Below are positions 20,287-29,109 of a stretch of DNA of 63,964 bases, piece by piece. Every line of letters starts with the position of its first letter. Position 1 is the stretch's first letter. The notes under the pieces are model-generated. The model searched no databases, was not told the DNA's origin, and saw nothing but the letters and a program-made list of their open reading frames with translations. The position numbers and the translations under genes were made by a program. The DNA is from an uncultured Planctomycetaceae bacterium (GTDB taxonomy: Bacteria > Planctomycetota > Planctomycetia > Planctomycetales > Planctomycetaceae): contig CAYSJO010000896.1 in assembly GCA_964431285.1 (NCBI GenBank), positions 1-63,964 of the forward strand, in the 5' to 3' direction.

Positions 20287-21630
20287 TCACTCGATCGGCA
20301 ACCAACTGTCGGCGGAATCGATGCCGCGCGGCTGTGGTGTCTCTTCGGTGATGATCTTCCAGGAAGCCCCGGTCTCACGCATGTTGCGGTAATCCGGCGT
20401 CACGTAACCGAAATCCAGGTCCGGTGTCTCGACCGGAACACGTCGATGTTGTGACTTCATGGACGCGTCGAGCATGCCACTCACCATCAGCGTTCGCTCA
20501 ACCGGATAGGGCGATTTCCGGTCAACAAAGTATTGCTGGATCGCATGTGAGAGTGCCTTGAACAGATTGCGGTTTTCCCAGGGACCGACGTACCAGCGAG
20601 TCGCTCGGATTCTGGACTCGCCGCGTAATCGGCAGGCGAAATTCCAGCGAGTCGCGTTGTAGCTTTCTGATCTGAGGATCATCGATTTCAGTCCGTCCCG
20701 ATGGGTCACGAGAACTCCGTTTGTCCCCACCACATTCTCGTCACCGATGGCTTTGAACGGGGATTGTGGACGCCCCAGTTCAGCCTGCATGGCGGCCTCG
20801 GCCAATCGCATTGACCAGCGGCCTTCCTCAGCCGCTTTTTTCAAACTGTCGGCATCGAGGAATTCGACACGTGCAATTCCCGACTCACCCCCGCGGCGTG
20901 CTTCGACCATCGACAACAGTAGTTCGAACGCGTGGAAACCATATGCCTCGATTGGTCCACCGTGGATCACCAGCACCTCGTCGAACTCGCAGTCCTGCGG
21001 CAGTTCCAGCATGGGACGGCGTTGAGCGAGCGGGACAGAACTTCCTGCCATCAGCGGTATGCTGAGTTCCTTCGCCGTGTCGTACATCTCCTTCGCTTCG
21101 CTCCACAGATGCGACAGATGCTTGTCATTGAACACGGGAATGGGCCGACCGGCCTCGTGGACGACGTCCACGATCTCGTCAAAGAAACGCTTATGTGGGT
21201 ATTCGATCTGGTCAAATTCGTTCCTAGGGTAGTCGCCATGCTCAGCGATTGAAAGCACGGCATCGACTGCAAGTCGGCTGCCACCCAGGCACAGTGCTTC
21301 GCGAATGGATTCACAGATGGGAATGCCGTATGCCCTGGCTGTGTCTCGTGCCATGTCGCCATCGGGAAACTGATCGGCATAGAAGCTGACAACATCGACA
21401 GGCGGTGTGGTGCGTTTTCCGTTGAAGATGTACGGCTCAAGAAAGTTCTCAAGAATGACGTGTGCATGCGAGCGGTAGCGAAATTCTGTGAAGATCGCGG
21501 CAACTTTGGGTCGTGGCATGTTGACGGCCTTACACGGTACGGGGGCGAGCGTGACGAGACCGGCGACTCCTGCACTGCTAAGAAAGTCGCGGCGTGTGAC
21601 GGGGACGTCTGAGCTGATCTCTCGATTCAT
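20287..21630 (-). CDS. Tat-signal periplasmic protein of unknown function
   Basis: ATG at 21628-21630. Twin-arginine leader VTRRDFLSSAGVAGLVTLAP. No catalytic motif recognised. Confidence 0.6.
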   Translation of the reverse strand: MNREISSDVPVTRRDFLSSAGVAGLVTLAPVPCKAVNMPRPKVAAIFTEFRYRSHAHVILENFLEPYIFNGKRTTPPVDVVSFYADQFPDGDMARDTARAYGIPICESIREALCLGGSRLAVDAVLSIAEHGDYPRNEFDQIEYPHKRFFDEIVDVVHEAGRPIPVFNDKHLSHLWSEAKEMYDTAKELSIPLMAGSSVPLAQRRPMLELPQDCEFDEVLVIHGGPIEAYGFHAFELLLSMVEARRGGESGIARVEFLDADSLKKAAEEGRWSMRLAEAAMQAELGRPQSPFKAIGDENVVGTNGVLVTHRDGLKSMILRSESYNATRWNFACRLRGESRIRATRWYVGPWENRNLFKALSHAIQQYFVDRKSPYPVERTLMVSGMLDASMKSQHRRVPVETPDLDFGYVTPDYRNMRETGASWKIITEETPQPRGIDSADSWLPIE

Positions 21631-21822
21631 GGTCAACCTGTAGATATGAGAAAACTGTTGAAGTGCGTAACGTCCTGGACAGCGACTGTCCGTGTCCAGC
21701 ACGTTGAATCAGCCAGCGGCGCCGGCTGCGATTGTCGTTGGAATGGTCGCTCGCTCCGACCGGTCTGGTTTGCCATCATGAAGGCTCACGGCCACAGTCA
21801 ATTTCTGTAAGAGCACCGTCCG

Positions 21823-22329
21823 ATGGGCAAGCGAGTCAAAATTGTCTGTACTGAGTGTGGCGCAAAACATCGCGTCCTGAAATCGCGTCTCGGCCAGGAG
21901 CGAAACTGTCCGAAATGTGGTTTAACGATTGTACTCGACGTCGAGTCCAATCGTTCAACGTATGACCTGCTCGGCTCCGCACCAAAGCCCGAATCACAAA
22001 CCGTGGATTCGCCACACGCGCCGGCTGCACCGATCTGGTCGGAGGATGATATCGCGCAGGACGATACTGATCGGCCGGATGAACAGGTACCGGTTCTCAA
22101 GCGCGGCGCCCATCGCCAGGCGGGCGGCACTCGAAAACGGAGCGGAGGGACTGGTAGTGGTGGAATCAGTCTCACAAACAGGCCGATGCTTATTGTGGTC
22201 GGTCTGGTCTTCTGCGTGCTGCTGGGCCTGCTCGTGCACTTTGTGGCCAATTATGTCGGCTCCAATCCACCGAAACCCAACGAGACTGTGATGATCACAT
22301 CGCCGGCCCCAGACGTCTCGATTGCGTAA
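21823..22329 (+). CDS. zinc-ribbon protein with C-terminal transmembrane helix
   Basis: CTECGAKH...CPKCG ribbon at the N-terminus, disordered middle, TM PMLIVVGLVFCVLLGLLVHFV. Confidence 0.5.
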   Translation: MGKRVKIVCTECGAKHRVLKSRLGQERNCPKCGLTIVLDVESNRSTYDLLGSAPKPESQTVDSPHAPAAPIWSEDDIAQDDTDRPDEQVPVLKRGAHRQAGGTRKRSGGTGSGGISLTNRPMLIVVGLVFCVLLGLLVHFVANYVGSNPPKPNETVMITSPAPDVSIA

Positions 22330-22335
22330 CTCAGA

Positions 22336-23562
22336 TCAGTAGATTTCATGGTAATGATGCGCATACGTTTCCTCGCAACGAGCACGCAGAGCGGGATCGG
22401 ATCGGACGTCGTCCTCGAATCGGTCCACACTCAGGACATCGGGCGAAATCCAGGACAGGTCGCCACCGACCACTTCAGCGACGACTCGGCCAACTCCGGG
22501 TGAGCGATCGATCCCCCCCACGCCGCACGCCGAAGCGATGATCAGCCCACTCAGGTCATTGCACTCGGAAACCAGCAAACGTCCATCCGGTGAGACAGTT
22601 GGAAGCCCTCGGCGTTCCTGGACAACGGTTGCTCCACTCAGAGACGGGAAGAACTCGCACGCCGCATCGGACAACTGCTGGTAATAAACAGGATCGGCTT
22701 TGAGTGCTGCGATTTCGAAGTCACTTGGAAACTGATCCATGTCCACACTCAGCGGTCGGTATCCGTAGCCGCCAACCAGTAGCCCTCCCTGTTCCGGACG
22801 CACATAGATTTGCGGTTCAGTGATTCTGACGACGGGTTGATCGGTGACCACACCTGGAATGGGACCGGTCACGAAAGCCTGATGCTGAACCGGAACGGCG
22901 CACAGGTTCAAGCCGAGTTTGCGACCGAACTGACGCGTCCATGCCCCGGCGGCAAGTACGACTCGGTCCGTCGAGATGTCGCCGTGATCCGTGCGGACAC
23001 CTCGCACGACTCCCTGTTCAACAATCAGATCGAGCGCCGCCACACCAGTATGAATGCTGACTCCTCGGTCACGCGCAGCCGCCGCATAGGCCACTGCAAC
23101 CGACTTCGGTTCGACCCAGCCGTCGCGTGGGATTCGCAGGATGCGGCAGTTTTCCGGCGGCTGAAAAGTCGGCACGAGTTCGCGGGCTTGCTCGCTGGTG
23201 ACAAACTCGACGGGATGTCCGAGTTCTCGTGCCGCATCATGGCGTGCCGCCAGGTCCTGCTGATACTTCTCCGTAAGTGCGACTCGCAGGCTGCCCGGTT
23301 GATGGAAGTTGATTGCGTGTCCGGTTCGTTCTTCGAAATGCTCGAAGAACTCGACGCAGTAGGTGCCGAATTTCAATGCGAAGCGGTCACAGTTGAGATA
23401 CCCGGTCTGACCGGCAGCAAACGGAGTTGTTCCGCTGGCAACAGGTCCCTTGTCGATCAATGTGACGTTCTGCTGGCCACTGTCGGCCAGGTGAAACGCC
23501 GCGCTCGTTCCGATTACTCCACCACCGATGACGACCACGTTTGCAGTTCGAGGAAGGCTCAT
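22336..23562 (-). CDS. FAD-dependent oxidoreductase (DAO family, sarcosine/glycine oxidase-like)
   Basis: ATG at 23560-23562 (MSLPRTANVVVIGGGVIGTSAAFHLA dinucleotide fold). The ORF-track start at 23577 is TTG. Confidence 0.85.
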   Translation of the reverse strand: MSLPRTANVVVIGGGVIGTSAAFHLADSGQQNVTLIDKGPVASGTTPFAAGQTGYLNCDRFALKFGTYCVEFFEHFEERTGHAINFHQPGSLRVALTEKYQQDLAARHDAARELGHPVEFVTSEQARELVPTFQPPENCRILRIPRDGWVEPKSVAVAYAAAARDRGVSIHTGVAALDLIVEQGVVRGVRTDHGDISTDRVVLAAGAWTRQFGRKLGLNLCAVPVQHQAFVTGPIPGVVTDQPVVRITEPQIYVRPEQGGLLVGGYGYRPLSVDMDQFPSDFEIAALKADPVYYQQLSDAACEFFPSLSGATVVQERRGLPTVSPDGRLLVSECNDLSGLIIASACGVGGIDRSPGVGRVVAEVVGGDLSWISPDVLSVDRFEDDVRSDPALRARCEETYAHHYHEIY

Positions 23563-24066
23563 GTTCTGCCTTTTCAATAAATCGACTCAGGTTCAGAGAC
23601 CTGGACATTAGCCGCGAAACGGCGACAGGTGATAGCCAGTGCCGCAAGCCCCGGGTTCGAGACGAGACGACGGTTTGAGAGCCGCGAGCGCCGCCGGCGT
23701 CCTGACAATCGGTGTGCGGAACAGTATTGGCCGTGACCCCTTTGTTTTTCCGGTGCCGTCCATCGGCGTCTGCCTGTGACCAGGTGGATTGACTTTTCGG
23801 TGGGACTCTGGCACTTTGCCTGGCAACTGGTGACTTCCGCTGATGGGAGTCCAGGAGTTCAGGATACAGGCTTGGACTCTACTGTCCCACTTCTCACGGA
23901 TTGGTCCGACCGGGGCTGAGGAGTGCCATCAGTACGGTGCAGCTCGGCACCCCTTCACACTTGGCGCCCGACACATGGGTTCGGCGCTGTGGGACACAAG
24001 TTTTTCCTTCCAAGTACGTAACTTCTGCGCGCCATCACCGACCGTTAGCACGAGGCCATTGGACCA

Positions 24067-25287
24067 ATGATCTGGTTTGCAGCAGTTGCCTGGACGCTCT
24101 TTGGAACCGTCGTTGTCGTACTCGCCGCGCTGTCCGTGAGGTTCGCCAGTCATTACCGCCAGCCGATGGCAGGTATCTCCGATGACCAGCTTCCAGCCGT
24201 TGGCGTGCTGATGACGCTGCGGGGAGCCGATCCGTTTCTGGAGAAATGCCTGCGTCAGCTGTTCTGCATCGACTATCCGCGGCATCAGATCTGCATCATC
24301 GTCGATAGCGATCTTGATCCGGCCTATGCACTGGTCAACAAGATCAGTGACGAGCTGGATGCATCGCATGTCGGCATCGAAATCCTGACGGAACACGGCG
24401 AAAACTGCAGCCTGCGTATGAGTGCTTTGAACCAAGGTGTCGAGGGTTTCAGTGATGACGTTGAAATCATTGCATGGCTCGATGCCGATGCTACGCCGTA
24501 TCCCGGCTGGCTCCGCGACCTCGTTGCTCCGTTTGCCGACGCGAAAGTCGGAGCGGCGTGCGGGTACCGCTGGTTTGTCCCCCCCGACCGCAAGCCTGGA
24601 TCGCTGGTCAGGTATCTCTGGAATGCGGCGTCTATTACCCAGATGCGATTCTTTCAGATTGGTTGGGGCGGCTCCTATGCAATCCGTCGATCAGTCTTCA
24701 ATGAACTGGAGATCGGAAAGAAATGGCAGCAAGTTCTCTTCGAGGACACGTTTACCACCAACGAAGTCCTGAAGGGTGGATATGAATTCCGTTTTGTGCC
24801 CGGCGTCACGATGGACAACCACGAGTCCACAGACCTCTCGGGCTGCGTGCGATTCCTTTCCAGACAGTTGTTGAACTGCCGTCTCTATCATCGAGCGTGG
24901 CCGAAGGTGTCGCTGCTCGCTTTACTGACTCTGCTCCCGATTCCCATCAACGTGGCGCTGCCTGTCGTAGCGGCGTGGTTTGGTGAGTGGGTGCTGGTCG
25001 GCTGGTCCGCTGTGGCATGGGCTGTCTATGGATTGAGGCTTGGGCTCTTTAACACGCAAGTTGAGTCTCACGTTCGTCAGCGACTGGAAGAGCGCGGAGT
25101 TGAATCCGCACACTTCTCTCTGCACGCCATCTGGACCGCGCCGTTGACATCCATTGTGTATGCGGTGGCTCTGTGGAATTCCATCCGCCAACGCGAAGTC
25201 AACTGGCGCGGCATTCGCTACCAGTTCCAGTCCGGAACAGACGTGCGACGACTTAACTACGAGCCGTTTGTGCCCGAGCCAGTGTAG
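24067..25287 (+). CDS. membrane glycosyltransferase (GT2/GT21-like)
   Basis: N-terminal TM. Acidic motifs IIVDSDLDPAY and AWLDADATPYPGW. Multiple C-terminal TM helices, as in ceramide-glucosyltransferase/HpnI-like enzymes. Confidence 0.7.
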   Translation: MIWFAAVAWTLFGTVVVVLAALSVRFASHYRQPMAGISDDQLPAVGVLMTLRGADPFLEKCLRQLFCIDYPRHQICIIVDSDLDPAYALVNKISDELDASHVGIEILTEHGENCSLRMSALNQGVEGFSDDVEIIAWLDADATPYPGWLRDLVAPFADAKVGAACGYRWFVPPDRKPGSLVRYLWNAASITQMRFFQIGWGGSYAIRRSVFNELEIGKKWQQVLFEDTFTTNEVLKGGYEFRFVPGVTMDNHESTDLSGCVRFLSRQLLNCRLYHRAWPKVSLLALLTLLPIPINVALPVVAAWFGEWVLVGWSAVAWAVYGLRLGLFNTQVESHVRQRLEERGVESAHFSLHAIWTAPLTSIVYAVALWNSIRQREVNWRGIRYQFQSGTDVRRLNYEPFVPEPV

Positions 25288-25372
25288 CGGTTCAGTTGGA
25301 AATGGAATCGGGGTCTGGTCGGGTTAGCATGACCTGACTGGAGAATGATGCCATGACTCAACTGAACCGCTA
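25285..25372. repeat. 14-bp perfect inverted repeat spanning the GT stop codon and the GH1 leader
   Basis: TAGCGGTTCAGTTG (25285-25298) / CAACTGAACCGCTA (25359-25372), separated by 60 nt. Confidence 0.5.
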
Positions 25373-25422
25373 CAGAGGCCACGCGAGCTCTACCCCGATT
25401 TGCCCACGGAAGGGAGCAGCAA

Positions 25423-26820
25423 ATGTTAGGTCCGCGAAACCCCGCCGTCAGAATGCGCTGGAAGCCGACGCAGCCCACGTTGCAGCTTCCCGACCCGGAT
25501 TCGATGGTCTTCCCAGACGGTTTCCACTGGGGGTGCTCGACTGCATCTCACCAGGTCGAAGGAATGAACAACAACAGCGACTGGTGGCGCTACGAACGCA
25601 TCCAGGGGAACGCTGACAACTTCTTCGACTTCTCAGAGCACGTCCAGAATTACAAGAGTGACCATCGGCGCCAGTTCCAATCCGACATCGGGCTGATGGC
25701 CGAAGGGCTCGGGCTGAATTCGTATCGCTTCTCGCTTGAGTGGAGCTGCACTGAGCCCGAGGAAGGCCGGTTCGACGACGAAGTTATCGAACGATACGCA
25801 GCCATGTGTCGTCTGATGCGGACTCGTGGCATCGAGCCCATGGCCTGCCTGTTTCACTGGGTGAGCCCCGACTGGATCTGGGATCACGACAACGAACGCG
25901 GAACAGGCTGGTATCATCCCTCAATCGTTGATCGCTTCGCCCGGTTCGCTGAGAAGGTCATTCCAACCCTGTCTCCGCACGTCAATCAGTTCCTGACATT
26001 GAATGAGCCCAATGTCTATCTCTACGGCGGTTACTCGGAAGCCGTCCTGTGTCCCGGGCACACGATTGAAGACGAAGAACTGGTCGATGTCTATCGTCAC
26101 CTGTTACAGGCTCATGTTGCTGCCTGGAAGGTGATCAAGCAGGCGAATCCCGACGCCGAAGTGGGAATCGCAAATCATATTTCTCCGTTTGAGCCGGTCT
26201 CCAGGTGGAACCCCCTGGAAGCGTGGCTGGCTGCTCGCGTCGAGCAGGGCTTCTCCTGGTCGTTTCCTGATGCGGTGCGCGATGGACGATTCACTCTCGG
26301 CACGCGCAGATCCCGATTCATTTCGGAAGAAGTCGCCGACCTGAAAGGGACGGTCGATTTCATGGGGATCAATTACTACCAGCCGCTGTGGGCGAAAATC
26401 GCATTCAAGCCGATGGTGACTGTTGACGTCCAGCACCCGTATTCAGACGACATGCGCATCTGGCCGGACCAGATTTACACGGCCGGTTTCCTAGGCATCC
26501 TGGAGATCGCTCACGAACGGTATGAGTTACCGACTCATGTCCTGGAAAACGGTCGCTCTCATCGCGATGACAATCAGCGACGTGAATACATCAGGCAGCA
26601 CCTGGCGACACTGTCACACGGGATCAACAACAGGGGTGTTGACGTCCGTGGTTACTACTACTGGTCAGTGCTTGACAACCAGGAATGGGGCAACGGCTTC
26701 GTACCCAGGTTGGGTCTGTACGAAGTCGATTACGACACGGGCGAGCGGACTTTACGCGACAGCGGCCAGTACTATGGCCAGGTGATTCGGCGGAGCCATG
26801 CAAAAAAGGCGACGGCCTGA
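25423..26820 (+). CDS. glycoside hydrolase family 1 (beta-glucosidase-like)
   Basis: FPDGFHWGCSTASHQVEG, acid/base LTLNEPN, nucleophile VLENG. GGGAG lies 7 nt upstream of the ATG. Confidence 0.9.
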   Translation: MLGPRNPAVRMRWKPTQPTLQLPDPDSMVFPDGFHWGCSTASHQVEGMNNNSDWWRYERIQGNADNFFDFSEHVQNYKSDHRRQFQSDIGLMAEGLGLNSYRFSLEWSCTEPEEGRFDDEVIERYAAMCRLMRTRGIEPMACLFHWVSPDWIWDHDNERGTGWYHPSIVDRFARFAEKVIPTLSPHVNQFLTLNEPNVYLYGGYSEAVLCPGHTIEDEELVDVYRHLLQAHVAAWKVIKQANPDAEVGIANHISPFEPVSRWNPLEAWLAARVEQGFSWSFPDAVRDGRFTLGTRRSRFISEEVADLKGTVDFMGINYYQPLWAKIAFKPMVTVDVQHPYSDDMRIWPDQIYTAGFLGILEIAHERYELPTHVLENGRSHRDDNQRREYIRQHLATLSHGINNRGVDVRGYYYWSVLDNQEWGNGFVPRLGLYEVDYDTGERTLRDSGQYYGQVIRRSHAKKATA

Positions 26821-26900
26821 CGCGGTCCGATCCCTGCTCTCAATGTCTCCGGCGAGAACGAATGCGGCGGATGGATGCGCCGGACAGCATCCATGAATCG

Positions 26901-29021
26901 TCAGGGAATGCTTCCGGACGATCTCGTGCCAGTACCGGCGTCTCCATTGGAGTGACCGTTTTGTGACCAGAGTCGCAGCCCTCGTTCGCTGACCGACTTG
27001 AGCACGAAGTACCACATCATCCCGACAATCGCGCCTGCTACTCCGAAAGCGAACCAGGCATACCGAGTCAGACGCGACTGCAACTCGTAGACGGGCAGCA
27101 GAACTTCCGCTTTGCGTTCCTGCACGATCGCCGTCCAGCCGGTCTTGCCAACCGGGGCAAACGCCGCCAGCCATTCGCCGGCCGATGCCTCTGGATCGAT
27201 GGTGCTTAACGGATCCCGGTAGTCGGTCATAGTGATGCGGTCTGTGCCAGCTTCGGACAGGCGATGAGATACTTCGTCTGACAGTGTGAGTTGCCCGGCG
27301 CCTTTTTTGAGGCCGGCCAGACGCGAATGATCGAGCAGTCGCCAGTTGCGCGTGTCGGCGAGTGCGATCGTTCGCGCGACTCCACCGGCACCTGAGATGC
27401 TGCCTTCGTATTGCGACAGCAGTTCGCTGACATGAGCCGTGCGGGCCAGCACGCCGATCACGTCGCCTCCATTTAATCCCCATACGGGAACACTCAGGGC
27501 AACCATGTTGCGAAACGTGGAACGACTTTCAAACACGAGCGAAACATGTGGAGCGCGAATCGGTTGGATATCCTGCGGTGCCTCGCCTTTGCCGTAATCG
27601 ACTCCATGCGCGTGATAATAATCGCGGTAATTGAACTGCTGTCCGAGGATCTCGCCGTCGTGAGGACTTCGCCAGCGTTGAAAGCCATCGGCGTCAACGA
27701 AGAACCAGCTTGTGTCGAGCTCACGATCATGCTGCTTTCGGCGAGCGTCCACGCTGTCGCGGACTCCGTCCAGAATCGATCCGAATGTCATCCGATCAGA
27801 CCAGTCATCCCGCTGACTTGTCTCAATCGCCGCCACCAGATGCCGGTCGGACGCGACGCGTACCAGTTCGTCCATGCGGTCCTGCAGTTCGCGTTCGATA
27901 CTGCGGGCCAGAATACTGACGGACATCGCGTCACTTTCGAGCGCACGCGCGGTCAGGTTGGCGCCGGCCGTGTCCACAGCGCTGTTGGTGGCATTCGATG
28001 CAAAGAAAAACATGGCCAGCAGAATGAGACCCGGACCGATGCCTCCCATCGCCACCAGCGGGCGCACGCGACGCTGTCGGTCACGGGCGACCAGTTCATC
28101 GAGCACGGCCTGGGCGTTCGGATATCGGCGTTGCGGGTCACTGTGCAGACACCGATCGACAATCTCCGACAATCGCCGATCGAGTCCGGTGGCCTTCCAG
28201 TGTTCTTTGGGAGGAGGCGACTCGCCCACAATCTCGCGATAACGCTGCAGTCGCTCTTCAAGAGTCTGAGCCTGCCGAAGCGAATCCTCATTCTCTGGAG
28301 TGCGATGTGGTGGATGACCAACCAGCAAATGGAACAGCAGCGCACCCAGCGCATAGACATCCCACCGAGCATCGGGAATCGCATGCAAATCTGCCTGCTC
28401 GGGAGCCATATAGAACAAAGTACCCAGCGCCGGGTTCTGTTCGTGTGACAATCGCGACTGGCCGAAGTCGCACAGACGCGGTTCGAGGTCGGCGTCCAGC
28501 AGAATGTTGGCCGGCTTCAGGGCGCAGTGCAGCACACCGCGCCCGTGAGCATGGACGAGCGCCTGGCACACGCAACGAATGATCCGCACTGCTTCGTCGG
28601 GATGCGGCTGCCCATCGTCCAGCAGCGCTTCCAGCGAACCCCGTTCCAGATACTCCATCACGTACCACGGCGGGTCGGCCAGCCAGCCGACATCGATCAG
28701 TCGTACGACGTGCCGCGACGTGTACAGCAGAGCGAGTTTCTCGACCTCCCGACTGAGCAGTGACCAGTCCAGTCCACGATGGTGCGAGTAAAACTTGACG
28801 GCCACTTCCTTGCCGGTCTTCTCTTCCCGTGCCAGCCAGACAGCTCCGTAGGCGCCCTCACCCAGCTTCCGCTCGAGGTGTAAACCGGGTACGTGAAAAT
28901 CCTGCGGTTGGTGCGACCGCGAACTGAGTTCCTGCGACTGCGCAAGTTCCGCCTCGGACTGTCGCGGAGTCTGCTGAAGATGATCGCGCGTGGCGGGCAT
29001 GAATGGAGCCGGAGGGATCAC
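26901..29021 (-). CDS. Ser/Thr kinase-like sensor protein with Cache-like ectodomain (HRD replaced by HCA)
   Basis: Hanks subdomains GEGAYGAVW, VAVK, HCALKPANILL, CDFGQS, MAPEQ. TM, then an ectodomain with Cache-like FNYRDYYHAHG...MVALSVPVW...VIGVLART, then a second TM. Confidence 0.85.
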   Translation of the reverse strand: MIPPAPFMPATRDHLQQTPRQSEAELAQSQELSSRSHQPQDFHVPGLHLERKLGEGAYGAVWLAREEKTGKEVAVKFYSHHRGLDWSLLSREVEKLALLYTSRHVVRLIDVGWLADPPWYVMEYLERGSLEALLDDGQPHPDEAVRIIRCVCQALVHAHGRGVLHCALKPANILLDADLEPRLCDFGQSRLSHEQNPALGTLFYMAPEQADLHAIPDARWDVYALGALLFHLLVGHPPHRTPENEDSLRQAQTLEERLQRYREIVGESPPPKEHWKATGLDRRLSEIVDRCLHSDPQRRYPNAQAVLDELVARDRQRRVRPLVAMGGIGPGLILLAMFFFASNATNSAVDTAGANLTARALESDAMSVSILARSIERELQDRMDELVRVASDRHLVAAIETSQRDDWSDRMTFGSILDGVRDSVDARRKQHDRELDTSWFFVDADGFQRWRSPHDGEILGQQFNYRDYYHAHGVDYGKGEAPQDIQPIRAPHVSLVFESRSTFRNMVALSVPVWGLNGGDVIGVLARTAHVSELLSQYEGSISGAGGVARTIALADTRNWRLLDHSRLAGLKKGAGQLTLSDEVSHRLSEAGTDRITMTDYRDPLSTIDPEASAGEWLAAFAPVGKTGWTAIVQERKAEVLLPVYELQSRLTRYAWFAFGVAGAIVGMMWYFVLKSVSERGLRLWSQNGHSNGDAGTGTRSSGSIP

Positions 29022-29109
29022 AGTGGGGACAGTCGTGGAGAGTCGAACAACGTCCCGCGCTCAGCTGACGGTGTCAACTCAGCCGCGTCCCCTTGCACAC
29101 GGAGACCCA

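Noticed and set aside
22810-23580. 256-aa plus-strand ORF
   Set aside because: Antisense to the FAD-dependent oxidoreductase, which has a clear dinucleotide-binding motif. The plus-strand product has no recognisable features.
27546-28448. 300-aa plus-strand ORF, and the same-strand out-of-frame ORF 26752-27483
   Set aside because: Both overlap the Cache-sensor kinase gene, whose frame carries all Hanks subdomains. The alternatives are Arg-rich with no motifs.
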